A stretch of 64,000 nt of DNA, from contig NC_068984.1 of NCBI RefSeq assembly GCF_001194135.2, forward strand, positions 17,861,765 to 17,925,764, given 5' to 3'. Position 1 is the stretch's first letter. The number at the start of each line of letters is the position of its first letter. Positions 51,814 to 64,000 of this stretch are shown here, in pieces. Under the pieces are notes generated by a model that had not been told where the DNA came from, searched no databases, and saw nothing but the letters and a program-made list of their open reading frames with translations. The stretch is from Octopus bimaculoides (lineage: Eukaryota). The translations under genes and the position numbers were made by a program.

Positions 51814-53600
51814 TATAAAAGGATTATAATAAAAAATCTGCATTCCCTCTTTCACTCTCTCCACTCCCTTTCCACTTCTCTATATACACCACCTGTCCCT
51901 ATCAAATCTCTTCCCTACAACATATCCTCCTAACAGCCCCTCCCTCTACCAGTTCCCTTTCATTGCAACCCTTCTCAGCTTCCATTCTCCTTTTGCAATC
52001 TTATGAATTCTCCCTCTCCAAACCCCAGTCAACTTCACTCTGTACACCTTTTCTGTAATTTAAGCGTTTGGCCCCTTCCTCGTCCCTATCTAATCTTCAT
52101 CACCTTCTGTCCCTCCTCTCTCCCTCTCCATCTGAGGTAGCCATGTTTCACTTCAGTTGCAAGACACCTTTTCTGTCCCTCAATACTACTCCCTCCAGTT
52201 GGAGGGTCTTGTTACTTGGTGACCTCACTGTTTATGGTGCCATAATACACTCTGTAAAGTTGTTGGTATTAGGAAGGGCATCCAGCCATAGAAACCATAC
52301 CAAAGTAGACAACAGGTCTTGGTGCAGTCTTCTGATTTGCCAGCTCCTGCTGAATCATTCTACCCATGCCAGCATGGAAAAGACATTAAACGATGACACC
52401 AACAATGACAATGAAGATGATGATGATCTGCTTTCCCCTCATTGTCACATCGTTTGAAATGCTATCTAGAACCTCCAAGAAGTACAGACAACTCAGACTG
52501 GGAACCCTTGCTCTACTGAGTTCCTTCCCTTGCTGGAAATAGTGGCCAAATCTTCCTCGAATGAGATTCTGCCACTTTAAAAATATAATCCTAGAAACAC
52601 CATGCCTTGGGGGTGGGGGTGGGCTGGCCAAATTAAAACAACTGATCGTTGCATCTGGCATATGCTTGATCCAGATGATCTGAAACAAGCATGATCCGAG
52701 GTTAAATAACAACATCACAAGCAAATAACAAAAACACAACTTTATAACATGCATCACATTCTTAAATGTCACCACCACCAATACCACCACCAAAACAACC
52801 ACCACCACCACCACCACCACCGCTGCCACCACCACCACCATTGCCATCATCATTCACATTCAAGACATTATCTTTATTTACATCACACATAAATAATGCA
52901 AAAAATATTGGTGGATTATTGGTAAAATCATCAGAACATTGGACAAAATGCTGTGGTATATTCTCCAAGGTGTTAAAATATTGAAAAATAAATAAATAAA
53001 TAAATAAATAATGTTGTTCTATTTTGCACTTTACATGACTAAAAATAATCAACCACTTCCGTTTTTTTCATGCAAACTGCTTTTTTGCAATGAGCATAGG
53101 GACTATTCTTAGCCTACTTGGCAGCTACAAGCAGCAGCATCATTCATTTTTAGCAGAACTATCATGATGTTGATTACATCCAAACTGGTCAGCAATGGTT
53201 CCCTCGAATTTCCTGCATGTGACTTATTAAAAGTGTTTAGCCAGGAATTTTCTTTTCAGTATAACACTTGCTTTGACAAATTCTTGTATAAAATGTACAC
53301 AGCCTTCTTTTTGTACAACGCAACTGAACTTTAACCTTTTCAATATGAAGGGCCTTGAAGCCATCTCTGGTTCTATGATACAAATATTTTGTTTTAATCC
53401 TTTAATTCTACTCCGTTAAATGTAGTACTTATTTATTCACACTGTTTTGAATTAATCATGTATTATCTCATAGTTTTGAGATTTTAATGATGTGCTTGTA
53501 TATCTTTTTAATGATATTGTAGGGTGAGTGTGTCAGGCCACATCTGGCACATTTGAACATAAAACAGGTAGAATATTTAAGCTGAATATAGTTGGTTTAA

Positions 53601-53821
53601 CCCTTTCGTTACCAGCCCGGCTGAAACCGGCTCTGGCTCTGTAGTACAAATGTCTTATTTACATAAGTTCTGAATTAAAATCTTCCACCAAACCTTAGTC
53701 ACAATTTATGTTCCTAATACTAGCTGAATGATAACTAAGTTATTTTACTAAATTCTTTGTTATATTTAAAGTAATCGAAAGAAACTCAAAGCATCTAAAA
53801 AAAAATACAGTAACGAAAGGG
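53601..53821. mobile_element. piggyBac-like MITE (221 bp)
   Basis: TTAA-CCCTTTCGTTAC ... GTAACGAAAGGG-TTAA. Confidence 0.88.
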
Positions 53822-54731
53822 TTAAAAGCTAAAAGGTTATAGTGATTTAAATTCAAAATGTCTATCAAAATTTTATGCTAGTTTGTGTTCCAAACATCAA
53901 ATTAATTATGACAAAGTTACCATACTTGATAGCATAAAAGACACACGGGCATATCAAACACACCACAATTTCAGCAGCTCATATTCAGGAAAAACTTTTC
54001 CTGATTAGCATGTTAACTGCCACATGTATCACTGGATGTTCATCTCAAATTTCACACAACTGCCATATGCACCACCAGTGGTTGGTACACTTTCATGATT
54101 TGAGAAAATATTTTATTCTGTATCTTTGACACAGTTTCAAGGATATTCAAATAACACGAGTGCTTAATATTAAAGTTTAATTATGAAATTTTGTAAAAAT
54201 GCAGAAAAATTACATCTTGAAATTAAAGAGTAGACAATGTGACTGCACAAAATATGCAGTGTCACCAGAAAGATCCAGCAACAAGCTGTGGTGGTTAACA
54301 TGTTAAAGCATGTAAAATAGGCCCAGTTTTGCATATAGGTGCCAGGGTGATATTTTTGAGAGATTTTTTTTATAGAAAAAGTGTATTTTATAAGCCATCA
54401 AATATGGTATCTATTAAATTCTTCATTATTTTCAAAATAAAATGAAAGCTAAGAAATATATTTCAATAGAAATGTAGTAATAAAAGGGTTGTTCTTCTTA
54501 CTTATCTTTTTCTTATTTTCACAGTATTTATACACCATCAAACTTTGGTTATACTTTTTTTATAGTATGTAACAACATTCAAATTTTAAACATTAAAATA
54601 CTTTTTCTTTTTGCTGAACACATTATTTGGTGTTGCCATACACATTTTATTCCAACATACTTCACTTTCCTTTTTGTATACACACTTCTTTTTATTTGGA
54701 AAATTTGATGTTTATTATTTCTTCGGCCAAA

Positions 54732-55150
54732 GGTGGTGAGCTGGCAGAAACGTTAGCACGCCAGGCGAAATGTTTAGCAGTATTTCGTCTGCCGATATGT
54801 TCTGAGTTCAAATTCTGCCGAAGTCGACTTTGCCTTTCATCCTTTCGGGGTCGATTAAATTAGTACCAGTTCTGCACTGAGGTCAATATAATCAACTTAA
54901 TCCGTTTGTCTGCCCTTGTTTGTCCTCTCTATGTGTAGCCTCTTGTGGGCAGTAAAGAAATAAGAAACGTTAGCATGCCAGGCAAAATGCTTAGCTGTAT
55001 TTCGTTTGTCTTTATGTTCTGAGTTCAACTTTGTCCTTCATCCTTTCGGGGTTGATAAATTAAGTACCAGTGGCGTACTGAGGATGAACTAATCGACTGG
55101 TGCCCCACCACCAAATTTCAGGCCTTGTGCCTAGAGTAGAAAAGAATATT
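54732..55150 (+). mobile_element. SINE family A dimer (A1 then A2)
   Basis: Second unit begins at AGAAACGTTAGC (54963), 217 bp after the first. Confidence 0.88.
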
Positions 55151-56074
55151 TCTCAGGCCAATTCTACTTGTGCTCCAACATGTCTATCACAAACCAATGA
55201 GGGAGCCTCTATATGATGGCTCAACTAAGTAGAAATAGTAGCCAACTCCTAAGCAAATCTTGCTCAACCATCTTAAGGGAAGGGCACATAGGAAAATGTA
55301 ATTCTAAATGTATCTGTCAGCATCATCATCATTTTTAACGTCTATCTTCCATGCTGGCATGGGTTGACAGTTTAACAGGTGTTGGCAAGTCACAAGTATG
55401 TGCTAAGCTCAACTGTCAGCTTTAGTATTGTTCTTACCACAGTTAGATGTACTTCCTAATGTCAACCACTTTACAGAGTGTTATGTGTAAAATTAAGATG
55501 GAACGGTCTTAGCAGGAACACTTTTGAATCTAGGTCTTCCATTCTAGGGTTAACATGAACCTAAATAACAACAACCTCTTTCCCAGCATCATAAATACAC
55601 AACACAACACACAAACACACACAACACACACACGCGCACACATATAACCACCTGTTTGTTGCCTCTACAACGAAACTGAAATACCTTTAATTCAAAGGAC
55701 TGTGTGAGTGTGTGTGTATGTGTGTGTGTGCGTGCGTGCGTGCGAGTGCTAAATAAAGGTATAATTCAAAGGCCACACCATGATTTATTAAAATAATCCT
55801 CGAGCAGACAATGAATCTTCTGCATCAGTGATTTCTGATGTTTCTGTCACTCATGTCACCCTATCTCCTTCTACATGACACTTTTGTTGACATTTTTTCA
55901 TCAAATGTGTTACTGAAATTTAAAACCTCGTGACATCCTTAACAACTGTCATAACACCCTAGGGTGTCGTGATACCCTAAATAGAAACAACTGGATTACA
56001 AGGTCGCCCGACCTGTAAGAAATAAAAGTAAAGTTTCTCTCACTGGCCACTGTACTGTTAATCTGAATAATCTT

Positions 56075-56285
56075 TTCTACTAGAGGCACAAGGCCTGAAA
56101 TTTAGTGGGAGGTCATTAGTCGATTACAACGACCGCAGTGTTTCACTGTTACTTAATTTATCGACCCCGATAGGATGAAAAGCAAAGTCGACCTCGGCGG
56201 TACTTGAACTCAGAACGTAAAGGCGGACAAAATACCGCCAAGCATTTCTCACGGCGTGCTAACGATTCTGCCAGCTCAGCGTAGC
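56075..56285 (-). mobile_element. SINE family A (A2), CpGs retained
   Basis: Reverse complement of the head, central block and A2 tail. Confidence 0.85.
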
Positions 56286-56969
56286 CTCTAAAAGACATAA
56301 TGGTCACAAATGGAAGAGAAGGGCGCAACCAAGAGAAGTGGGGTAGCGCATTGTGACCATCAATGAATAAGGACATCTGATAGTCTGGTCGATAAGATAG
56401 AGCTAGTGTTGTATTACAATCGCTACCAAAATCTGGTCGGGCGGTAAACTAGATGGAACGGTCCCATTCACACGTTATATGATAGAATGTGATCTCGGAA
56501 TGAAACAAGACATTTCCAATGTGAATGGCCCGTGGGTCATACCGATGCGTTTAATGATATAACAGGGAAGCTGTTATATCTGTTTATCGACCTGGTAGAA
56601 AAAGAAGCCAAATTTTCCTCATATCACTCTTTACAGTCTTTAAAACGGGAAGTTCACATCGGATAGTGCAGTCCTAGATAGATTATAACAACAAAAAAAA
56701 AAGAAAGAAAAGAAAAGAAAAAACGAAAAGAAAAGGACGGAATGATCACTGCAGGGAGGCGTTTGATGATAGGACGGTTCGATCAAGGTGACTAGGCCTA
56801 CACAACCATAGAATTTATTAGCTTATTGATTAAAAAAAAAGAGTACAGAACGGCATTGTTGATTTAGGAAATGGTTCTCTTTAATTCCATTTCTTTTCGT
56901 AATAGTTCAGATACTGATCGGTAAAAACTCCTCCAAGCTTGTTATTTTCTTTTCTTAGTTTAAACTGTG

Positions 56970-57011
<42 letters not shown>

Positions 57012-57914
57012 CATCCAGCTTTAGAAATATTTGTTCCGAGAGCTCAGACAAGTTCCTAGTTTGAAAAACCATCAAACTATTTATGGAGATAGATTGATGA
57101 TAAGGTTGTTCCGAACATGATAATAGAAAAAAATTCTGTAGTCAATGAAATACCATCAAGTACATAGATAAATTTCAGAGGATTGGGCTGAAGATATACC
57201 ATCTAATCTAAGATTGAATTGAAGCCCTTCATTCTAAGGAATGGTAAAACTTCCCGAAACTCCGCATTGGGAGAAAGTGTTGTCTGTATATTCATAAATA
57301 TATTCCAGTGAGATTTAGAAAAGCTTTAACATTCGGAAGACTAGTCACCATCTTTTGATGTTTAGTTCGTTAAGTGGGTATCCCGTATCAGAGATGTTTA
57401 AAAAATAATTTTATTAATAATGTACAATGTTCTAAACTGTTTCTTCAGACGTGAAGAAACATATTTAACTGGAAGTAAAGTTCGGAAATTGTGTTATACG
57501 GTAATAAAAAGTTGATTGCCAAGAACAGAATATGTATTTTTATTTCCTAAATATATTTAAGAGTAGTTTATAGAAACATATTTCAACAGTTATATATACA
57601 ACTCACTTTCCATTTGTACAGGGAAACTAAAATGAATGAATTTCGAATACTGCTGTCTGAATTCCTGTATATTAATATGAAACAATGTATACTTCGCTTC
57701 CTTACGGTAGACAATATTTGTGTTAATATTTTATACCTTCCCTCATTTCCCCCGCAAACATATGAATGAATATATGTATATGTTTTAATATATTTATATT
57801 CTCCCATGTCTATATGCAAAGTAAACTGCGACTTTAATTCGATTTTAGTTTTTCTTTCCATCCCGATTGCATGACACCAGACAAATGAATCGAAGCGAAT
57901 AAATAATTTATAAA

Positions 57915-57970
57915 TTCAACCAATGACTCATTGAGTGCCCGGATGTCGTATTTCTAAGCAACATGGCGTC
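57915..57970 (+). promoter_or_regulatory. Probable KIF13 core promoter / TSS region
   Basis: CCAAT 57920, TGACTCA (AP-1-like) 57924, CCGGATGT (ETS-like) 57939 and AACATGGCG (YY1-like) 57960, clustered ~200 bp upstream of the ATG in CpG-retaining DNA. Motif matches only. Confidence 0.5.
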
Positions 57971-58151
57971 GCGGAGATATAGCAGACATTGCATCGCGAG
58001 CAGATAAAGTGCATGGCTTGGGATTACTAGCTTATTTTGTGCCATGACGGAGACGACAAGCACAATTTATGGACTACATCTTATTTTTATGGATCTAATT
58101 TGACGTTTCATTTAGAAAACTTTCATTTATAACTGCTAATTGAGAGCGAAA

Positions 58152-58206
58152 ATGGCAACAGACAAAGTCAAAGTCGCAGTGCGTGTAAGACCTATGAATA
58201 GACGAG
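58152..58206 (+). CDS. KIF13: Kinesin-3 family KIF13A/B-like, first coding exon (55 nt, phase 1); remaining exons lie beyond the window
   Basis: ATG in good context (AAAATGG), MATDKVKVAVRVRPMNRR+G, then donor GTGAGT at 58207. Matches the KIF13 N-terminus (M.D.KVKVAVRVRPMNRRE); KIF1 has RPFN here. Confidence 0.9.
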
Positions 58207-61200
58207 GTGAGTGTTTTTAGACAAATTTATTCACTACAGAGATATCTGACAAGAGTAGTAAAAGAAGTCATTTATATCATCGCTATTTATTTCCATTGTG
58301 GCTATTTTTTCCTTCTAATTGAGTGTCTTTAACCCCGGCTACAACTGTTACTTACTGCAGTTACGATTCTGCTTCTAACCTTCATTCAGAAATATCGGAG
58401 ATAGAAATGAATTTATTTGGGACATAGTATGCTCATACAAATTCCTTTTTCTAATGATTCTATCCCGTTAAAACAAAATAAAGATAAACATACTTTACAG
58501 TTATTCAGAAACCGTAATCACATATATAAAATACATGTATATATATGCGTGTGTGTCTATTCATCGTTATGTTTATCTTTGTAAAACGGTTTTTTTTTCT
58601 TCTCCACCTCCTTTCGGTATCGTCTGTTTAACATGTGTTATAATAAACAGCTTTAATACAATATATTCAACACACTAAATTTCTATCACCGTGGATATTT
58701 CGAAATGTTACTCTCTGAACTCTACATATCGATTTATCGTTGTGTCAATTTCTTTTTCTTCTTTTCCCTAGAAGGCCGTCCAGTCGCTTCGCTATTAAAT
58801 ATCGACTACTATGTGCATTTTAAGCTACTGTGTGTTGTCTTTCTGAGACAACAGATAAAACAACCCACCCGCTAGGTATCTTATAGAAATATTGAACGCA
58901 TCTCTAGCTATATGATAGCAAGTATTTGCCATTTGTTGCATTCTGCGACTCGTATTTTTATGGTTGTTACTGTGTAATTCCAACAGATGTCCAGTATAGT
59001 GCGTACGTACTATGACAGGTTCCACCCCCTTTTATAAATTCTATTTACGTCTTGCATTTTTAACACTAGTCTATAAATACTCTTAATACAATGATGTATT
59101 GTGCGAAATGTACCTTTATTCATGAAAATTATCAATGAAATGTGTATTTCATTGCTAAGTTCTCGTCACTATATTATTAACCTTGTGAATTAATCAAAAG
59201 TACCTTTCTGAATTTTTGAAGTGTATTAAAACGAGACCTCATTTGAAACTGCACAGTTATTATGATTGATAGAACATGATCTCTTCAGTGCAGATATAGT
59301 GCAGTAAATAATTCAAAGCGTATGCTATTTTTCTTCAATGAAGTCCACTTGTTGTTCTTTCGTCTGGCGTGTGCGACCACACTCGTTCTACAGGTAAATT
59401 TAAACAGGCGCACTTTCCACCTTATTGTCTCTTTCTATTTGGAAGTCAATAAAGTCAACCTAGTTAGCCGAGCTTCTTTTAGTATGCATTAGTCGTATTT
59501 TAAAATTTACAGTTGGTTAATTTTTAAAATAAATATTTTTTGTTAAAAGCGGTCATTCACCTGTAGCTATTCTGGTGTTATTGAGAAATAAATGATAGAG
59601 GAAGTGTTTTTTAACCGTTTGTGGAGAATCGTACGCCACTGTTTATTTTTCTTCATATTTATCTTGGTTTTGTTTAAATTAGATTTATACATCATTATCG
59701 ATTCTCCCTACAAACTGGTACTGAACCAGTTGTGTAGAGACGGAAAGTGCGCGTATGCGTATGCACTTATCGATATACGCGCGCCTTGTTTGATCATACA
59801 CATCACCATTATTTCTTTCATGGATTGCAATACACACACGTGGATGAATATTTTCCCACCTTATGCTTAAGAATATCTCTCTCACCTACGTACTTCGAAT
59901 AAAAGCAAAAGTCAAACATCGAACATGAAGCCGTAGTAATTTAATGTTTTCCTTTTTACGATGGCTAACTTTAAAGCGCAGTCTGTCAAATAAACCGCTA
60001 ACTAGTTGCTGTATTCCGCCACCTACAACCTTGAATACTACACCGACGTCATGCCTGCCTACCTACCTGTGCAGTCGTCGCACGTACTTTTTCATTCGAA
60101 CCGGTGATCGATGTCACTTTCTTCGATTTTTAGCTGTCGTAATTTTATCTCGGCAGTTTTGATTTTCAATATTCGAGTGAACATTGTCTATCTAATGTAT
60201 TTCTAGACTGATATGATGAATTAATTTTGTTTTATATGTTGCATTTCTTTTCATTTATTTCAGTTTTTTTGTTTGTTGTACTAAAAAAAATTAGACTAAA
60301 ACGAGTTTTTCTTTTCTCGCCCATCCCTAAATTATCAGAAAAGCATAAATAAAGTCTTGATTTTGATAGGCAAGAATAATTAGGTTAATTTTAAAGAATA
60401 AGACAGATTTTAGATCTTCATTTTTGTTATTCGTTTTTTTTGTTTTTTTTAATTTTGACCAGGTATATTTGTAATCCGGTCTGTTGGGTTCAATTACCCG
60501 TTAATGCAAAAGGATCTACAGCGAATGTAGTAACCATTTGTCGTGGTAGTAAATGCATGTATTTTAATTTGAAGCACCCACTCCTAATTTGTACTCTACG
60601 GGTGTCATAATGAATAACTTTAAAAAAAAAAACATTTTAATATTAAAGCTTTTATATACTTGCCACGTTATTTATATGTAAAATAAAGAAGCGGCGCAAA
60701 TAAATTTAAAGAAACAAACTAGCTTTCACTGCAAGACGACCGATGTTATACTAATAAATAATTTTTATTTATATAGTTTAAATTAAAAAAAAATTCTCGT
60801 GACTTACATGATTATTGGTAAATTTCTATTGATTTTGTATATATATGTATAAAACAACAACAAAAAACCCATTCTTTATCAGTTAGTCCATCAATATGAC
60901 TAAGTGTAATTTGGTTTAATCTAAGAAATATGCGTCTGAAACAAAGCAGAGGACGAAAAGGTACCCGAAAGGCACGCCCGAAAAAATAAAGTACATAAGT
61001 AACAAATATACAATGTACTTGTTCACTAATTGATCGATCTTTACTATACATGCTAAATTTATTTATTTATGCATATTTTATTTTCATCTATGTAACATGG
61101 AGTTCTGACATACGAACATCGTGTTAGATGTATTGTAGTTGGTATCGTGCGATGTTCATGCCCTTCTGTAGTGTATTTATTTGAAGAGACCGACGGGAAA

Positions 61201-62785
61201 TGACTGAAATCGAGAATTGAAATCGCGACTTCGCCTCTGCTCAACATTTCTTTAAAATCTCTAAAATCGTCGCTATTCTTTCTGTTAGCATTTTCGAAGA
61301 CTCATTAGACATCATTAGTTCTATATCACAGAGTATAGGGCACATATTCAATAGATATGATGCATATTCAATTTAATCGTACATGTGTTCGATCTAACTG
61401 GCGTTGTATGAAAGCTGTTATATGGGTAAAACTGGATGTTTAGTATCATATAGTACTTTCAATGAACTAGTACGGAAAAATTATATAATCAAGAATTATT
61501 AAAATCACTAACATAAGCAAGGGTAGATATAAGTTTGTGTTGATTTCTAATCAAGATTGAATAAATATTATATATAATATAATATCTGTCCGTAGTCTAC
61601 AAGTTAGTGGCTATTTAATTCGAGGCAAGTATTAATGACCTATTACTAAGATAAATGTTATTGACCCAATCAATTGATCTTGGGATAAATTAATATATTC
61701 CCTTTTATGTTGACGTTGGATAGATTTAATCTGAAATGATGAAGTACGGTCGTCATGCAATTAATGTGTGTACTTTGGTGAAATAAATTTTTAAAAGGTA
61801 GCAGTTCTTGTTCAGTTTTTGGTACTTATACAAAAGGTGAGTGAATATTCGGCTTCAAGAGTCGCATAGTTAAGACACTCCTATTTTAAAGCGATTTCAT
61901 TTATAAATAGATGGTTCAGGTTTATGATTAAGGGCTATGACAAGGTAGGTGGTTGATAAAGCAGCCCAACCTTGCTTCAAGTAATATTAGAGATAAGATG
62001 ATGTATGTGAATAATATTTGAACATAAAAAGACTAGCATGATTTACGAGTTAGTGTTATTGTTTAGCCCTAGGTCATCCTGAATGAGCCGACTTATAATT
62101 AAAGCTATGCCAACCATGACTACACTGCGTTTAGGTATTGCATATGTTAGGACTACATTATCCAGTGTGTCCCTACGTTTTCAATATGGCAATTTCATTG
62201 AGATTTAGCTGCTATTTCTAACTGGTCGAATGTTCACGTAAAGGCTCCCTCTTAGAGGTTCCCAGTTCTTAATGGAGGTAGTTGCATCTTTTACAAAGTT
62301 CTAATCACCTGTATAAAAACTACTTTTGGCTATGAATATGACAACCATGTCAACCTGGAGAAATGGGTATTAAAAAACGGTATTTAATGTTTGATAGATG
62401 ACTTAATCCGAGTTAAATGTAATACTAGGAAAAAAAAAAAAGGATATTTGACCAAGTTTAAATATTACTAAAAGGTTCAAGTTCAGATCATTGTGAACTT
62501 CACTGATGTGATATTTTCTTTCATTCCTGTGCAATGTTTATGCTTTTTACCATCTCTTTGATGGTGGTGAATGGCAGAATTATCATATCTGTAGATAAAA
62601 ATATTTCTGTTCCATCTTACTGGGGTTGATTTTGCATTTCATCTTTACCATGCTTTACAGATCACATTCAGGATGTAATGTACTGGTTGATCTCCATTCT
62701 TAAACTTTGTTGTAATGATTTTTATGTCCTTTACAGCAGGTTCAACATGATGAGGTACCCTGGAAAAACTTGTAAAATATATTAA

Positions 62786-62994
62786 CCCTTTATTCTGTCA
62801 AAAGTAATGCTTATTCATCCCTATTGTTTTGAGTTAATCATGCATTATCTTGTAGCTTTGAGATTTTGATGAAGTAACTGTTACTCTTTAGAATGATATT
62901 GTAAAGTTATGAAAGGCCACATCAGGCCAGTTTAAACTTTAAACAATATAAAACTTTAAACCAGCTGGATCTGGATGGCTTTAATACTAAAGGG
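62786..62994. mobile_element. piggyBac-like MITE, second family (related pieces at ~42050-42257 and 53400-53596)
   Basis: TTAA-CCCTTTA ... TAAAGGG-TTAA; interior matches 53430-53590. Confidence 0.75.
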
Positions 62995-63879
62995 TTAAAC
63001 CTCAGAAACTTCCATTGTTCTTAGACACAGAGTATTCTAGAATATCTGATGTTTTAATTTTATTTTTAAACCTTTATTAAGAGAAAATCAGTAACGCCAG
63101 CAGAGACCTCCTTCAAATGAAGTTGCTGTATGTGAGACTGTCACTCCTGTGTGGGTCTCCACAGCCACAGCAGATGCTGCATCACTATCAGCAGCTGATA
63201 TGATTTCTTCAGGTGCAGATCCAAGGTCTCTTGAGACCAACAGATACCTACTAAAAGAAAGACCTTTATTATTAATACTGGAAAAGTATTGAAGTGAAAG
63301 AAAATTCCATTTTGCTGCAAGTTTTTTCCCTTGTATTCTGCACCAGTTGAATAATGGGTTCCCTATAAACCATTACCTCTTTGTGACCTTGTCCGAAAGT
63401 TAGAAACCCTCATTAGTACTGAGGACAGGATATTTGGATAGGGTTTTATCACATTCTGGCAACAATCTTAATTTCTTTGCAGGCTTTCTTCTTCCTGTAA
63501 TGGTTTCTTTTATTACCAGATTCTGAAGACTTTGCAAGTGATAAGCATCCACTAATCTCAACTGGTTATTGAGAAGTAAACTTACTGAAATAAATTCATT
63601 TACTTTCTTCCTTTGGAGACATTTCAACTCTTGCATAACCATATTTTTATAGGAATCTTCCAATTCATTTCAGAAACAATCCAGCATTTGGAAGAATATG
63701 ACCATCATTCCTTCCTTCTATGTTCTACTTAACTTTTCTGACATGGGTTCGAGATGAGTCGTTGGGGTTTGTGTCAATTCTTCTTTCGAGTAACTGTTAC
63801 CTTAGACTGGTTGGGGATCATGTCTTGTTTGCATACTTTTTTTTTTCCTTCTCTATGTGAAACTCTCATTAGAGCTCAG

Positions 63880-63965
63880 TGCAGCTCTGCAGTTCACTGG
63901 ATCCTGTCAAACTGTTCAACCCATGCCGGCATGGAAAACAAGAGTTGGAGGAGGAGGATGATGAA
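63880..63965 (+). mobile_element. Old family E/F tail
   Basis: ...CAACCCATGCCGGCATGGAAAAC...GATGATG. Confidence 0.55.
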
Positions 63966-64000
63966 GTTAAACTGGTATTGGAATAAAAATGGCTTTCGAA

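Noticed and set aside
53040-53390. Minus-strand short ORFs after an acceptor (MASRPFILKRLKF..., RDGFKALHIEKVKVQLRC...)
   Set aside because: 45 codons or fewer, no donor, no recognisable family; could be an old transposon.
57438-57461. Perfect 10-bp hairpin TGTTTCTTCA-GACG-TGAAGAAACA upstream of KIF13 (and a similar one at ~56547-56571)
   Set aside because: Short AT-rich stems are expected by chance in 64 kb; the second lies in an old repeat.
63400-63663. 87-aa minus-strand ORF in KIF13 intron 1
   Set aside because: Non-ATG start, no recognisable domain, no splice support. KIF13 exon 2 (expected EL..GTKCV..M.GNQT-like) was sought in 58.2-64 kb and not found.

Overview
AT-rich animal genomic DNA, dense in microsatellites and SINEs, with 7 assembly gaps. 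The repeat landscape (tRNA-SINE families with (GAT)n, (CAA)n and GAAATAA tails; RTE and Dong/R4 LINEs; very abundant (CATA)n/(CA)n/(TA)n) points to an octopus genome; this is an inference. The only host coding sequence I can support is the 55-nt first coding exon of a kinesin-3 KIF13 gene (58152-58206, + strand, MATDKVKVAVRVRPMNRR/E), with a CpG-retaining promoter zone around it; the rest of the window is its intron 1. Bases 1-56000 are transposon-derived or unassigned. They hold a stop-free RTE endonuclease fragment missed by the ORF track (1-336, minus), R4/Dong-type RLE retrotransposon pieces, a decayed near-full-length RTE with nested inserts, CR1, mariner, Tc1 and Chapaev-like transposase relics, mariner/Tc1/piggyBac/hAT MITEs, a Penelope-like structure and many SINEs. 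Almost all ORF-track entries are microsatellite, gap or transposon artefacts. Best leads: an R4-type element whose junctions repeatedly abut (CATA)n (possible microsatellite targeting), a type-I hammerhead-ribozyme-like motif, SINE multimers and modular head/tail swapping, a two-SINE foldback, and a CpG footprint implying an unseen host gene upstream of KIF13. I see no convincing novel protein-coding system. Coordinates were read by eye; repeat ends are approximate (about +/-10 bp).
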